A stretch of DNA of 64,000 nucleotides from a virus (Duplodnaviria; Caudoviricetes): the IMG/VR virus record IMGVR_UViG_3300021478_000028, positions 116 to 64,115 of that record, one strand, 5' to 3'. The notes below the pieces were generated by a model. The model was given only the letters and a program-made list of their open reading frames with translations. It had not been told where the DNA came from and made no database searches. This document shows positions 45,484 to 54,547 of this stretch, in pieces. The stretch's first letter is position 1. Each line of letters opens with the position of its first letter. A program made the position numbers and the translations under genes.

Positions 45484-46817
45484 CGAGGCTGCCTGAGCGG
45501 CAATCTGCTTCGGATCGAAGTCCTGACCTTCAGGTACTCTTGGCCCGCTTCCAAGCCACCGCCCAGCAGCGCTCCTGCGGCTGCCTGTACGCGCGGGCTC
45601 TCCATCAATCGTGTTCCTGCTGCCCCCGCTTTCCAGAAAGCAGACGGTCGGCCGAACAGAGCGGGCAACGCAGCCTCGCCCGCCAGTGCGGCATACGGAT
45701 GTGCCTCACGGTTGACGGCGCGCTGCTCCTCATCGTTAAGACCGAGCTTCTTGAGCGCCCACTCCTGCAGGCCGGAGGCTGCAATGCCGCCTGCAATGCC
45801 ACCACCAATGGCGCCAACAAATCCTCCGATTGGACCCGCGCCAAGCATGCCCAATCCCGCGCCAGTAAGCGCGGCAGTTCCTACACCGGCCGCCAACGGC
45901 ACGGCCTCGTGCGCAGTCTCGCGCAGCACAGTACCGGCGGCACCCTCGTCTTTCGGCCGCTTCTCTTCAGCGATCTCATAGCCGGGTGGAATCCGAAAGC
46001 CGCCTGCGCCTTTCTCCGGGGAAGCAATCTCGTATCCGGGCGGAATCTGAAATCGAGGTTGCCTCGCCGTTTCGCGTTCTGGAGGGGAAATTTCATAGCC
46101 GGGCGGGACTTGAAATCCGCCGCCCCCTGTCGCAGCTCCAGTGCCTGAGGTTCCTATCAGCGTCGGAGCTGCAACCATGCGCTCCGGCTGCTCTTCCTCT
46201 TCGACCTCTCCACCCGCCTGGTAAGCAACGGCGCCGCCATTCTGATAGCGCGGGGTAGGTGCAACCCCGATCCGGCGCTCGGCACGCGCAAAGACCGGCT
46301 CGGTCTCCCGCGTCCTTGGAGCATCATGCACGTTGCGGTGCGGATAGGGATACAAGTCCAGATTGGGCGGCGGGTTGGGCGGGTTCTCGTGCTCGATCGG
46401 GGCAAGCCATTGCGCCCAGTGCTGCTGATATGGCCCCCAGGCGGTTGGTCCGAGATGCTTCTCCACCCACATGCGCTCGGCCCGCTCTGCGGCGTGATGC
46501 GCCATTTCGTAAATCTGGTTTCCAGCGTGGGCGTGCCCCTCTTGCAACTGATCGGCAATATGCTGTTCTACAATTTCGTGAATGGCCGTCGGCCTGGCCG
46601 GGTCGTATCTTCGGCCATTGATCACATCTACCTGAGGAACGTGGCGGTCGATATTGACAACGCCATCCTTCGTTTTGTTTGGACCGGCCCCGTATGGCAC
46701 GTCGAAATTGTGCGTAAACTTTGGATTAGCGATCGTTGCTCGGACGTAGGGATCCTGCAGGACGCGATTGATTACGATGTCTCCGGGTACACGTTGAGCG
46801 AAGACAGAGCGCGGCAT
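45438..46817 (-). CDS. Large ejection protein, N-terminal part (probably frameshifted from 40855..45483)
   Basis: HEIVE..H domain, IPPGYEI repeats, Gly-rich hydrophobic helices. Confidence 0.7.
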   Translation of the reverse strand: MPRSVFAQRVPGDIVINRVLQDPYVRATIANPKFTHNFDVPYGAGPNKTKDGVVNIDRHVPQVDVINGRRYDPARPTAIHEIVEQHIADQLQEGHAHAGNQIYEMAHHAAERAERMWVEKHLGPTAWGPYQQHWAQWLAPIEHENPPNPPPNLDLYPYPHRNVHDAPRTRETEPVFARAERRIGVAPTPRYQNGGAVAYQAGGEVEEEEQPERMVAAPTLIGTSGTGAATGGGGFQVPPGYEISPPERETARQPRFQIPPGYEIASPEKGAGGFRIPPGYEIAEEKRPKDEGAAGTVLRETAHEAVPLAAGVGTAALTGAGLGMLGAGPIGGFVGAIGGGIAGGIAASGLQEWALKKLGLNDEEQRAVNREAHPYAALAGEAALPALFGRPSAFWKAGAAGTRLMESPRVQAAAGALLGGGLEAGQEYLKVRTSIRSRLPLRQPRWVFSAVRLRGWGAP

Positions 46818-46820
46818 CGA

Positions 46821-48716
46821 TCATGGAGCTTTCTTCAGTGGCACCCATTTTGAACCGTCCCATATGTCCTCAACCGCATCTCCGCCACCCTGATGCGGAC
46901 GCCTTTGATTTACGAGCGGCGTGAGTCCAGCGCCGGCAGGTGCCGCGGCTGCTGGTGCTGCAGCTGCTGGTGCTGCAGCTGGGCGTGCAGCAGCCCCACC
47001 GGGCGCGTGGCGTGCATAAATGGCGTTAACCGCAGCAGTCAATTCGTCGCTTGGGGGAGGGCCGCCCTCTGCGGATGCGGCCTGTTTCCTAATCCTGTCG
47101 TAGTGCTGCAGGAGTGCCGTCTCATGATCCGGCTCTATCGCTGCTCTTTGTTTTTGGGGGAATATAGCTCCAGATATTTCCTTCTCCCGCTGCATGCTAG
47201 CCGGACTGTACGGGTTTAAGGTGGGAAGACCCCTAAACTGCTCGCGCACAGCCGCTCCGCGTAATTGTTCCGGTGTAAATTCCTCCGGTTTACCGATCAC
47301 GTAGCGTCCGCGTGAAATCTCATACGGCCGCGCCCCCGCAGCACCGTATGGCTGTCCCGGCATGTTTGGCACATCCATTGCCGCCAGCTTTCTTAGATTA
47401 TCGTTTATCTGGTCGCGATTCAGGGTTTGATGATCTATCTCCGAGAGCCTTCCATGCATGAATGCGTACATCTGGTGCTTGTTCAGAATATGCGTTGTTG
47501 TAGGATACTGGCCCGTCTGGGGGTCAGGGCCATTGAGCCTGTCCTCTCTGGTTATTTGGAAGCGATTGTCTGGAAGAACCTTAGCTGTCGTCTTGAAACT
47601 ATCCGGCACCATGTTCTGCGCTTTGTTAAAAAGCTCAGCAGCGTTATCGAGGTGATCCTGCTGCAACGCTGCTTGGGCAGATTTCCTCGTCTTCATCTCC
47701 AGGTCTTTGAGGGCCTGATAGCCACTTACGCCCCTGGCCAATCCCTCCGGCGTATTAGCTGCGTCACCTAGAACACGTTGCCCGCCAGGTCCGGTGTCTT
47801 GTCTTGTGATATGGGCAATAAGGTCTGCAGCGTCGGCGTTTGGATTATTCATCTTGAGAGATTCATCGCGTGTTTTGAGCAACTCCTTGTCACCACCCGC
47901 GCCGCCTGCCCACCCTAATAAATTGAAAAATCCTCCCCCGCTTGGACGTTCTTGAGTGGGTTGTCCTGCGGACACAGCTCCCTCGGACGGCCTACCCTCG
48001 TACTCGCCAGGTACCACCTTCGACAAAGGTTCATCGGCGATCGACTCAAGCGACCCTGTAGCCCTTGTGCGGGGGTTCACATTTCGCGCTCGTTCCTTCA
48101 ATTGTTCCAGTGTCGGCGCTGGCGCATCAGGTTGCCCAGCATAACCCGTCTCCAACCACGGGTTGCTCTCAGCGGGGGGCGTCGGTACCTGAGCAGGTGG
48201 TGGGACGACGGCTGGGGGTGGAGGCGGAGGCTGTGGCCCTGCCACTGGGTCTTGAACGTCTTCAGGAATGTCACCGCCATATTGATAAGCTAACGCTTTT
48301 CGGCGGTGCAACGGCGAGCGCGAAGGATGACGTGTCCCCGGACCGGTCAGGCCAAACAAATAATGGCCATGGTGTATAACGTCATGGACCGTTGCGAGCG
48401 CCCTTCTGCGATCTGTGCTCGGTGGACGAGCGCTCGGATCTACACCCAAGCCACCCACGGAGCCGCCTATCTGAAAACTCTGGTCCCAAGAAGGTCTTCG
48501 CGGCATCTCCCCAGTCGGAGGAATAGCTCGCGACGTCTCGCCAAGATCTGAAGGTGCTATTTGCAGCTCCCCCTTGGACGGGTCTGATGGGTCCATAACC
48601 GCCGTAGGTCCCAAGTCAGACGGAATGCGTTGCAAGTCTTGCCGCCAAGGCGGCGCTTTACGTGCAACAGCCCCGCCCGCTTGATACATGCCGGTCTTTT
48701 TTACTTTTGCCATCAC
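46821..48716 (-). CDS. Internal virion/ejection protein
   Basis: 631 aa, low complexity, xQxGG motifs, WDGSKWV end. Confidence 0.7.
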   Translation of the reverse strand: MMAKVKKTGMYQAGGAVARKAPPWRQDLQRIPSDLGPTAVMDPSDPSKGELQIAPSDLGETSRAIPPTGEMPRRPSWDQSFQIGGSVGGLGVDPSARPPSTDRRRALATVHDVIHHGHYLFGLTGPGTRHPSRSPLHRRKALAYQYGGDIPEDVQDPVAGPQPPPPPPAVVPPPAQVPTPPAESNPWLETGYAGQPDAPAPTLEQLKERARNVNPRTRATGSLESIADEPLSKVVPGEYEGRPSEGAVSAGQPTQERPSGGGFFNLLGWAGGAGGDKELLKTRDESLKMNNPNADAADLIAHITRQDTGPGGQRVLGDAANTPEGLARGVSGYQALKDLEMKTRKSAQAALQQDHLDNAAELFNKAQNMVPDSFKTTAKVLPDNRFQITREDRLNGPDPQTGQYPTTTHILNKHQMYAFMHGRLSEIDHQTLNRDQINDNLRKLAAMDVPNMPGQPYGAAGARPYEISRGRYVIGKPEEFTPEQLRGAAVREQFRGLPTLNPYSPASMQREKEISGAIFPQKQRAAIEPDHETALLQHYDRIRKQAASAEGGPPPSDELTAAVNAIYARHAPGGAAARPAAAPAAAAPAAAAPAGAGLTPLVNQRRPHQGGGDAVEDIWDGSKWVPLKKAP

Positions 48717-51700
48717 ACCCTCGCTTGGGCCATTTGCGGCCTGGCCGGAGCGCCAGCTTTTGTTTGACGCGACTTTTTGATCAGATTTTGGAAAAATTCC
48801 TGTCCTTTCCAGAGGGCCACATCTCTCGGGATCACAAACTCATTCGCGTTTAACCGTGCCATCCCGCCGGTCTGATTGATGACGGCTGGTACATCGTCCG
48901 TTCGCATGCCACCAGAGGGGCTCAATCCCGGCGGGACGATGCCGCCGCCTTGCTGATAGTAGCCGCCTGGTATGGGTCCGCCGCGAGCAGCGTAGCTCGC
49001 CGTGTTGTAGGAGGGAGCAAGCTCACCGCGGAACAGATTAGGATCGGGGTTCTGTAGTTCTGGCGGAATTTGCTCTAGCGGGTTTTGTTGTCGCCATTCT
49101 TCCATCGTTGGAGAACGGGGCGCAGGCCCGCGCGGTGCATCAAATGGCCTCCGTTGTGGCATAGGAACAACGTCAGATGGGGGCGGTGTTGAATCGGGAG
49201 ATGAGGACGGTGCTGAATCGGGCGGCAACGCATCAGCGCCAGGGGCGTCACTGGGTCGAGGCCGTGGGAGGGGAGTTTCCCAGGAAGCTGCTGGCTTATC
49301 AGCTGGCGGATGCGCTTTAAGCCAGTCTTGCCCAGCAGGGGTTTGCCCCATCTTCCTTCGGATTTCGCTCGGACTGGAAGTATCCACCGGCGCATTGCTG
49401 ATCATCTTGGGCTTAGTAGCCGCGACTTGGTCGGGCGTGGGTACGCGGCGGATGATGGGGCTGCCAGATCCAACGTCTTCGACACTTCCTGGTACAGGGC
49501 GTATGCGGGGATCGTTGGGGTTGGGCCTGAGTATGCGGGGATCGTTGGGGTCGTAAACCCTCTGAAAAGGCCCCGGAGTGGGGGCAGCAGCGCCATAGCT
49601 AGGGGCACCATAGGTAGGAGCGGCTGCAGCCGCAGCTGTAGGAGCGGCACCCCTAGCAACAGATTGATCGTCAGACGCACGTTGCGCCGTCACAGCCTGT
49701 TGCCCCGCCTGCTGCACGAATGCCTGCCCCGCCTGCTGCTGCTGCGCCAATTGCTGCTGCGTGAATGCCTGCGCCAGCTGCTGCGCAAATTGAAACGCCT
49801 GCGTCGGATCAGTGATACCGCGCTCCTGGGCCGCCTTCAGGCCCTCGCGGATAAGGGAGGGATCGACGTGCGTCGGTAGCATCGGTACCTGCACCGGGAC
49901 GAAACCACCGCTTTGCATGTGCGGTCCCATTCCCGCCGCCGCCATTGGGCTTCCACCGATGCCCTGCGCAGCCCACGCTGATCTTGGATCGGTCGGACCT
50001 GGCCAATTTGGCCACGGGAACGGACCCGCTGATTGCAGATGAGCTGGGTTGCGAGCATCCACTACTGCTCCCGAGGGAGGACGTGGTCCACCGCCACCAC
50101 CGCCACCACCGCCACCGCCAATCTTTGAGCCAGGAGTACCAGAGCCGATTTGCTGGTCTAGCTTGTTGAGCCTGTCCTCAAGGCTGCCAGGAGGCGGCCC
50201 ATAATTTGGTCCGCTGTCTGTGTAGTAGCCGTCCGCCGCACCACCATCCTGGAAGAAGCGAGTAGGCGTGAGCGGGACAGGGCGAAGCGGGACATAACGG
50301 AAGGGGGCCGGACCGCCACCGCCTCCTCGGCCGCCACCACCGCCTCCTCGGCCGCCGCCCCCGCCTCCGTGACCACCACCTATCGTCGCTCCTGGAGTAC
50401 CGGAGCCGATTTGCTGGCCGAGCTTGTAGAGTTTGTCCTCAAGACTGCCAGGGCGGGGTCCCCAACTGGGTGCCGCAGCTTCGGCTTGAGCTTGAAGTCC
50501 GGCTGTTCCATACGGATCGGGCTCACCGTATGCATCAACCCCGCCGCCCGACTGAAAACCTTGGCCCGCCGCCATGCCTGCGGCGAGCATATTCGGATCG
50601 ATCCCGGCGCTGCCAGCCGAGGCCCCCATACCTTGGGAGAGAAGGCTTTGATTGATGCCGGCTTGGGAGGCCGTGTTGCTGGCCAACCCCAGCCCATAGG
50701 CGATCGGGTCTGTCCCGTAGGTCGACTGCAACGACGGCTGTAGTTGTTGGGAGGAGTTGTCCTGCCCAAATCCGTAGTTGTTCTCGTAACCAGGGGCGCT
50801 GCCGTCCCCATAGCCACCACCGCTATAGTCGGTATAGCCGCTCCCATAACCGCCGCCGCCACCGCCGCCGCCTGCACTGCCGTAGTACGCGCTGTAGTCG
50901 CCGCCACCACCATAAACGTCACCACCTTCTTGGTAGGCCGGGTTGACCTCGATCGGGCCGCCGCGGGCTGACATGTTCACCAATGTGTTTTGCTTGAAGC
51001 CTGGAGTCACATTAGCAATGGGGCCGCTGGTGCCTGCGCCGGAACTGCCGGAACTGCCAGAGCCAGAACTGCCGAAGCTCGGCGGGTTATATGACGTCGA
51101 GGTACCCTGCGAACTCCCGCCCCCAGATGACAGGTTGCTCCCAGTTGATTGCGATGTACCCGTTGACTGCGATATGCCACTCGAATCTGACGTGCCTTGA
51201 GACGTGCTCGTGCTTGTCGAGGCTGTTCCCAATGGCGAATACGGCAGCTTGATTGCCGTGCCCAGATATTGATTGGGCATCGCCATCGCCTGCGTTCCAG
51301 CGTTGTATGCCCCGGTCTGCGCACTGACGGCTTGGCCAAGAGCAGCCTGATACTGCTGCTGATCAGCAACGCGCTGCTGATTGCCTGCACCCGCTGCCGC
51401 AGCCGCTCCCTGCACATTCATGGCCTGCGTCAGCTCCTGGTTGCGACCAGACGATGGATCGATGCCGTATGATTGGAGGCTCTGCTGGGCGGCCAATAAT
51501 GCCGCTTGGGTTGCTTGCGTGACCCCCGCCTCGGCCTGCCCCATGTCAGAGGCGATGTGGTAGGGCGAATTGAGCTGGTTCGCCAAACTATAGAGCTGAT
51601 TTACGTTGCCCTGGAGAGCGTTGTAATTCTGAGTCGCCCAATCCATCATCGGCTGGGCGTAGCCCTGCGCCTGATTGGCGACCGACTCCAGGATTGGGGT

Positions 51701-52051
51701 CTGGCTGTAATCGGGAATGAACGAAGTGGAGTTGGCGAGCGCATCCGCCGTCTGCTGCGATGTCGCCTGCTGCTGCGACATCGCCTGCTGCAGTGATGAA
51801 GCCTGCTGCACCGCAGCTGCTTGCTGATCCTGCGCCGCTGACTGTTGGTTCGTAGAGAGGCCGGGGACGGCTATTAGCGGCGCCGATGCCTTTGGCGCCG
51901 ACGGAATGGTTGCACCTGGCAGTGTTGGGGTGGCCGCCGCCGGCAGCGGGGCCGTCGATACGCCAGTGGAAGTCGTAGGCGTCAACGGCGTAGGCGGCAC
52001 GTACGGCGCTGGACTCCCAATGGTATCGATAGATCCAAAATTAAAAGCCAT
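48713..52051 (-). CDS. Internal virion/ejection (pilot-like) protein
   Basis: 1112 aa Q/S/G-rich; YGIDPSSGR; C-terminal TDDVPA...L...EFVIP..V...G. Confidence 0.8.
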   Translation of the reverse strand: MAFNFGSIDTIGSPAPYVPPTPLTPTTSTGVSTAPLPAAATPTLPGATIPSAPKASAPLIAVPGLSTNQQSAAQDQQAAAVQQASSLQQAMSQQQATSQQTADALANSTSFIPDYSQTPILESVANQAQGYAQPMMDWATQNYNALQGNVNQLYSLANQLNSPYHIASDMGQAEAGVTQATQAALLAAQQSLQSYGIDPSSGRNQELTQAMNVQGAAAAAGAGNQQRVADQQQYQAALGQAVSAQTGAYNAGTQAMAMPNQYLGTAIKLPYSPLGTASTSTSTSQGTSDSSGISQSTGTSQSTGSNLSSGGGSSQGTSTSYNPPSFGSSGSGSSGSSGAGTSGPIANVTPGFKQNTLVNMSARGGPIEVNPAYQEGGDVYGGGGDYSAYYGSAGGGGGGGGYGSGYTDYSGGGYGDGSAPGYENNYGFGQDNSSQQLQPSLQSTYGTDPIAYGLGLASNTASQAGINQSLLSQGMGASAGSAGIDPNMLAAGMAAGQGFQSGGGVDAYGEPDPYGTAGLQAQAEAAAPSWGPRPGSLEDKLYKLGQQIGSGTPGATIGGGHGGGGGGRGGGGGGRGGGGGPAPFRYVPLRPVPLTPTRFFQDGGAADGYYTDSGPNYGPPPGSLEDRLNKLDQQIGSGTPGSKIGGGGGGGGGGGPRPPSGAVVDARNPAHLQSAGPFPWPNWPGPTDPRSAWAAQGIGGSPMAAAGMGPHMQSGGFVPVQVPMLPTHVDPSLIREGLKAAQERGITDPTQAFQFAQQLAQAFTQQQLAQQQQAGQAFVQQAGQQAVTAQRASDDQSVARGAAPTAAAAAAPTYGAPSYGAAAPTPGPFQRVYDPNDPRILRPNPNDPRIRPVPGSVEDVGSGSPIIRRVPTPDQVAATKPKMISNAPVDTSSPSEIRRKMGQTPAGQDWLKAHPPADKPAASWETPLPRPRPSDAPGADALPPDSAPSSSPDSTPPPSDVVPMPQRRPFDAPRGPAPRSPTMEEWRQQNPLEQIPPELQNPDPNLFRGELAPSYNTASYAARGGPIPGGYYQQGGGIVPPGLSPSGGMRTDDVPAVINQTGGMARLNANEFVIPRDVALWKGQEFFQNLIKKSRQTKAGAPARPQMAQARV

Positions 52052-52090
52052 CTGCGTACCTGCTGCTGCGACCGTGCCTGCTGCGTGGAG

Positions 52091-52122
52091 AGCCTATCCC
52101 GGCTAGGTTTAAGCCGTATTAA
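52091..52122 (-). promoter_or_regulatory. CtrA-type late promoter (ejection proteins)
   Basis: TTAA-N7-TAAA, 11 nt, TAGGCT. Confidence 0.7.
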
Positions 52123-52144
52123 TCACGGATTTTCAGCACTGAAA

Positions 52145-54121
52145 TCATCCAGGCACTATTGTTCCAACAGCTATGCCCGTAACCGTGTCGGTAGTGGTCA
52201 CCGATGTAACCTTGTAGGCGACATTCCATGTAAAGCCGCCGTCCTCCGACCAGGCAATCGAAGGAAAGTTGACATTGGTTCCACTTCCCCCCCCTCCCAA
52301 TCCTCCCACCACGAAAAATTTTCTTCCATCAGAGGCACAGCATCTAACATCTCTTATTAGTGAGGGACAAACATCTGTGCCGACAAGTACTCCGTTTCGG
52401 AATATCTTATCGCCATTTACGTAATCAATCGATATAACTATCGGAGTATTATCATCAATGTTGAAACCATAAGCTCTGTCCCGGGATGCTTGGAGAATGT
52501 TAATGTTTGCCGTGTCCTGTTCTGGATCGCCGCCGCTGCTGATGTTAAAGTTTATCGGAGACGTTGAACCCGGTAAAATTACTCCTTTCACACCAGTTGC
52601 TCCCGTTGCACGCCAGGTAATTCCATCAGTTGACGCATATTGCAGCCCTCCCGGCAGCGACGCGTATGCTTGCTTGGATTGCATATCAAAAGACATGCCA
52701 TCTACAGAGCCAATAAAATTGATAATAGACGAAGGCGGCGGGATCAGTGTGGCAAGAAAGCCGCCGTCTTGACCACCATTCAGTGAATAAACAATAGCTG
52801 CCCCAGGTGACGTTGGGGATTTGAATCCTCCGAGCACCCACACGGGCCTGCCCTCAGGCACAAACCCCTCCCTAAACCATCCGCCACACGTAACAGTACC
52901 CCCCGTACCGAGGATGGTGGCCTCTAAAGGCGTCCATGCCTTTCCGTCGAGGGAGTATCCCAGGAAACAACTAACATCTCCCACAAAAAAGTTAGCTGGT
53001 CCTGACAGAAACCCGGGCGGCCGGGACGGTTGTGGCTCTTGGGGTTGGAGGCCTGCGATTCCTCCAGCCGCTATGGCCCGAAGTGTGAAGGCAATACTGA
53101 CAGATGTAACGTCAGTTACCAACGTCCATGAAATTCCACCGTCATCGGACCATGCTACGGCATTTTTATAAATGGTAGAGGTTTCATCTCTGCCGCCTAA
53201 AACGAAAAACTGTTGCCCATCTGATACACAACAATTGACGCTATTGAGCACAGCTCCGACACCATTAGAATCACCAAAAAACGGAATAGGCACGCCATTT
53301 CTAAGCACCCTACCCTGGCTTATTTGTTCTACCGTGAGGGCACACTCGATAACTATTTGGCTGCCAGAATTATCAATGCCATATGCTTGATACCTGGATG
53401 CCTGAAAAATGTTGATGAAATCAGTGTTTCGCGCCGGATCGTCGCCAAAGGCAACATTAGCTCTCGATGTTCCCGGGGACCTGGAACCTGGCAAAATCTT
53501 CCTCAAGTCGTTATCCGACACAATGGTTCCTGTCCAATTGACTCCATCCTGTGAAACATATTGCAATATATCCCCAAAGAAAGTTGCGGAATGAGCATAT
53601 ACGGAGCCCGTGGCCGGGTCGAAAGACATGCCATCCACCGATCCATAAGGAACTGGGTCCAGGGTGGCAAAAAAGCCACCATCCGCGCCACCATTAAATG
53701 AATATACGATAACCCCTAGAGTACCATACTGGCTATATCCACCTAACAACCACACAGGTCTTCCAGTATCGACAAAGCCCTGCCTGAACCATCCCCCGCA
53801 AAAAATATTCCCCGCGTTAATAAGAGTGTTCTCTAAAGGCGTCCAATTTTCCCCATCCGGTGAATATCCCAGATAGCTACCATCATCCCCGGCAAAATAG
53901 GCGGAAGGACCGGATACGACTACACCACCTCCACCTGCACCCGCACCTGCGCCGCCAGTTATCCAGCTCACGCCTGTAATGATTTGGAGGAAGTCCTCGT
54001 TATAGGGTGCCCCGCTGGTGTCGAATGGAGTATTTCCGGAGGCGGGATAGGGCTCTCCTGGCCCTACAACAATCTTGCTGGGAACATTATCATCAGCCAC
54101 GCCTAGCGTTCCCAGACCCAA
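52145..54121 (-). CDS. Tail spike or receptor-binding protein with a duplicated Asp-box domain
   Basis: YSPDG.NW/YSLDG.AW and AWSDDGGISW/AWSEDGGFTW; two homologous halves. Confidence 0.75.
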   Translation of the reverse strand: MGLGTLGVADDNVPSKIVVGPGEPYPASGNTPFDTSGAPYNEDFLQIITGVSWITGGAGAGAGGGGVVVSGPSAYFAGDDGSYLGYSPDGENWTPLENTLINAGNIFCGGWFRQGFVDTGRPVWLLGGYSQYGTLGVIVYSFNGGADGGFFATLDPVPYGSVDGMSFDPATGSVYAHSATFFGDILQYVSQDGVNWTGTIVSDNDLRKILPGSRSPGTSRANVAFGDDPARNTDFINIFQASRYQAYGIDNSGSQIVIECALTVEQISQGRVLRNGVPIPFFGDSNGVGAVLNSVNCCVSDGQQFFVLGGRDETSTIYKNAVAWSDDGGISWTLVTDVTSVSIAFTLRAIAAGGIAGLQPQEPQPSRPPGFLSGPANFFVGDVSCFLGYSLDGKAWTPLEATILGTGGTVTCGGWFREGFVPEGRPVWVLGGFKSPTSPGAAIVYSLNGGQDGGFLATLIPPPSSIINFIGSVDGMSFDMQSKQAYASLPGGLQYASTDGITWRATGATGVKGVILPGSTSPINFNISSGGDPEQDTANINILQASRDRAYGFNIDDNTPIVISIDYVNGDKIFRNGVLVGTDVCPSLIRDVRCCASDGRKFFVVGGLGGGGSGTNVNFPSIAWSEDGGFTWNVAYKVTSVTTTDTVTGIAVGTIVPG

Positions 54122-54537
54122 AGCTCGCCGGTGTTCTCGTTGCGCATGACCAGCTTATTGATACGCACCACGTCAACCCACTGAGTATCATCATTCGGGT
54201 TGGTCAACCGAACCTGCTCTGTTACTCGCTCGATCTGGTACAGGGCGCTCTTGCGCTGGCCGAGCGCCTGATTGTTGGGATTTGGGCCAGCAGCGTTGAC
54301 CGCACGAGCATTGTTGGCCTTTGCCATCGTGGCACCGCCAACTTGGCTTACACCCCCTTTGCCATTGTTTCCGCCGTTCGCCACAGTGGTGGATAAATTA
54401 TTGAGCGGCATTTTCTGCCCTGATATCTGCAGAAGCGTGTTTTGAATTTGGTTGATGGCATTCACGATATCCACAGTTGATGCGTTCGTGCTCAACTTCG
54501 GTATTACTGGGACGTTAACTTGAACGGGCTCGGCCAT
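54103..54537 (-). CDS. Tail-associated protein
   Basis: 144 aa between nozzle and spike genes. Confidence 0.7.
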   Translation of the reverse strand: MAEPVQVNVPVIPKLSTNASTVDIVNAINQIQNTLLQISGQKMPLNNLSTTVANGGNNGKGGVSQVGGATMAKANNARAVNAAGPNPNNQALGQRKSALYQIERVTEQVRLTNPNDDTQWVDVVRINKLVMRNENTGELWVWER

Positions 54538-54547
54538 TGCAATAACC

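Noticed and set aside
52145-54121. Diversity-generating retroelement TR/VR pair
   Set aside because: The halves differ at all base types and no reverse transcriptase is present.
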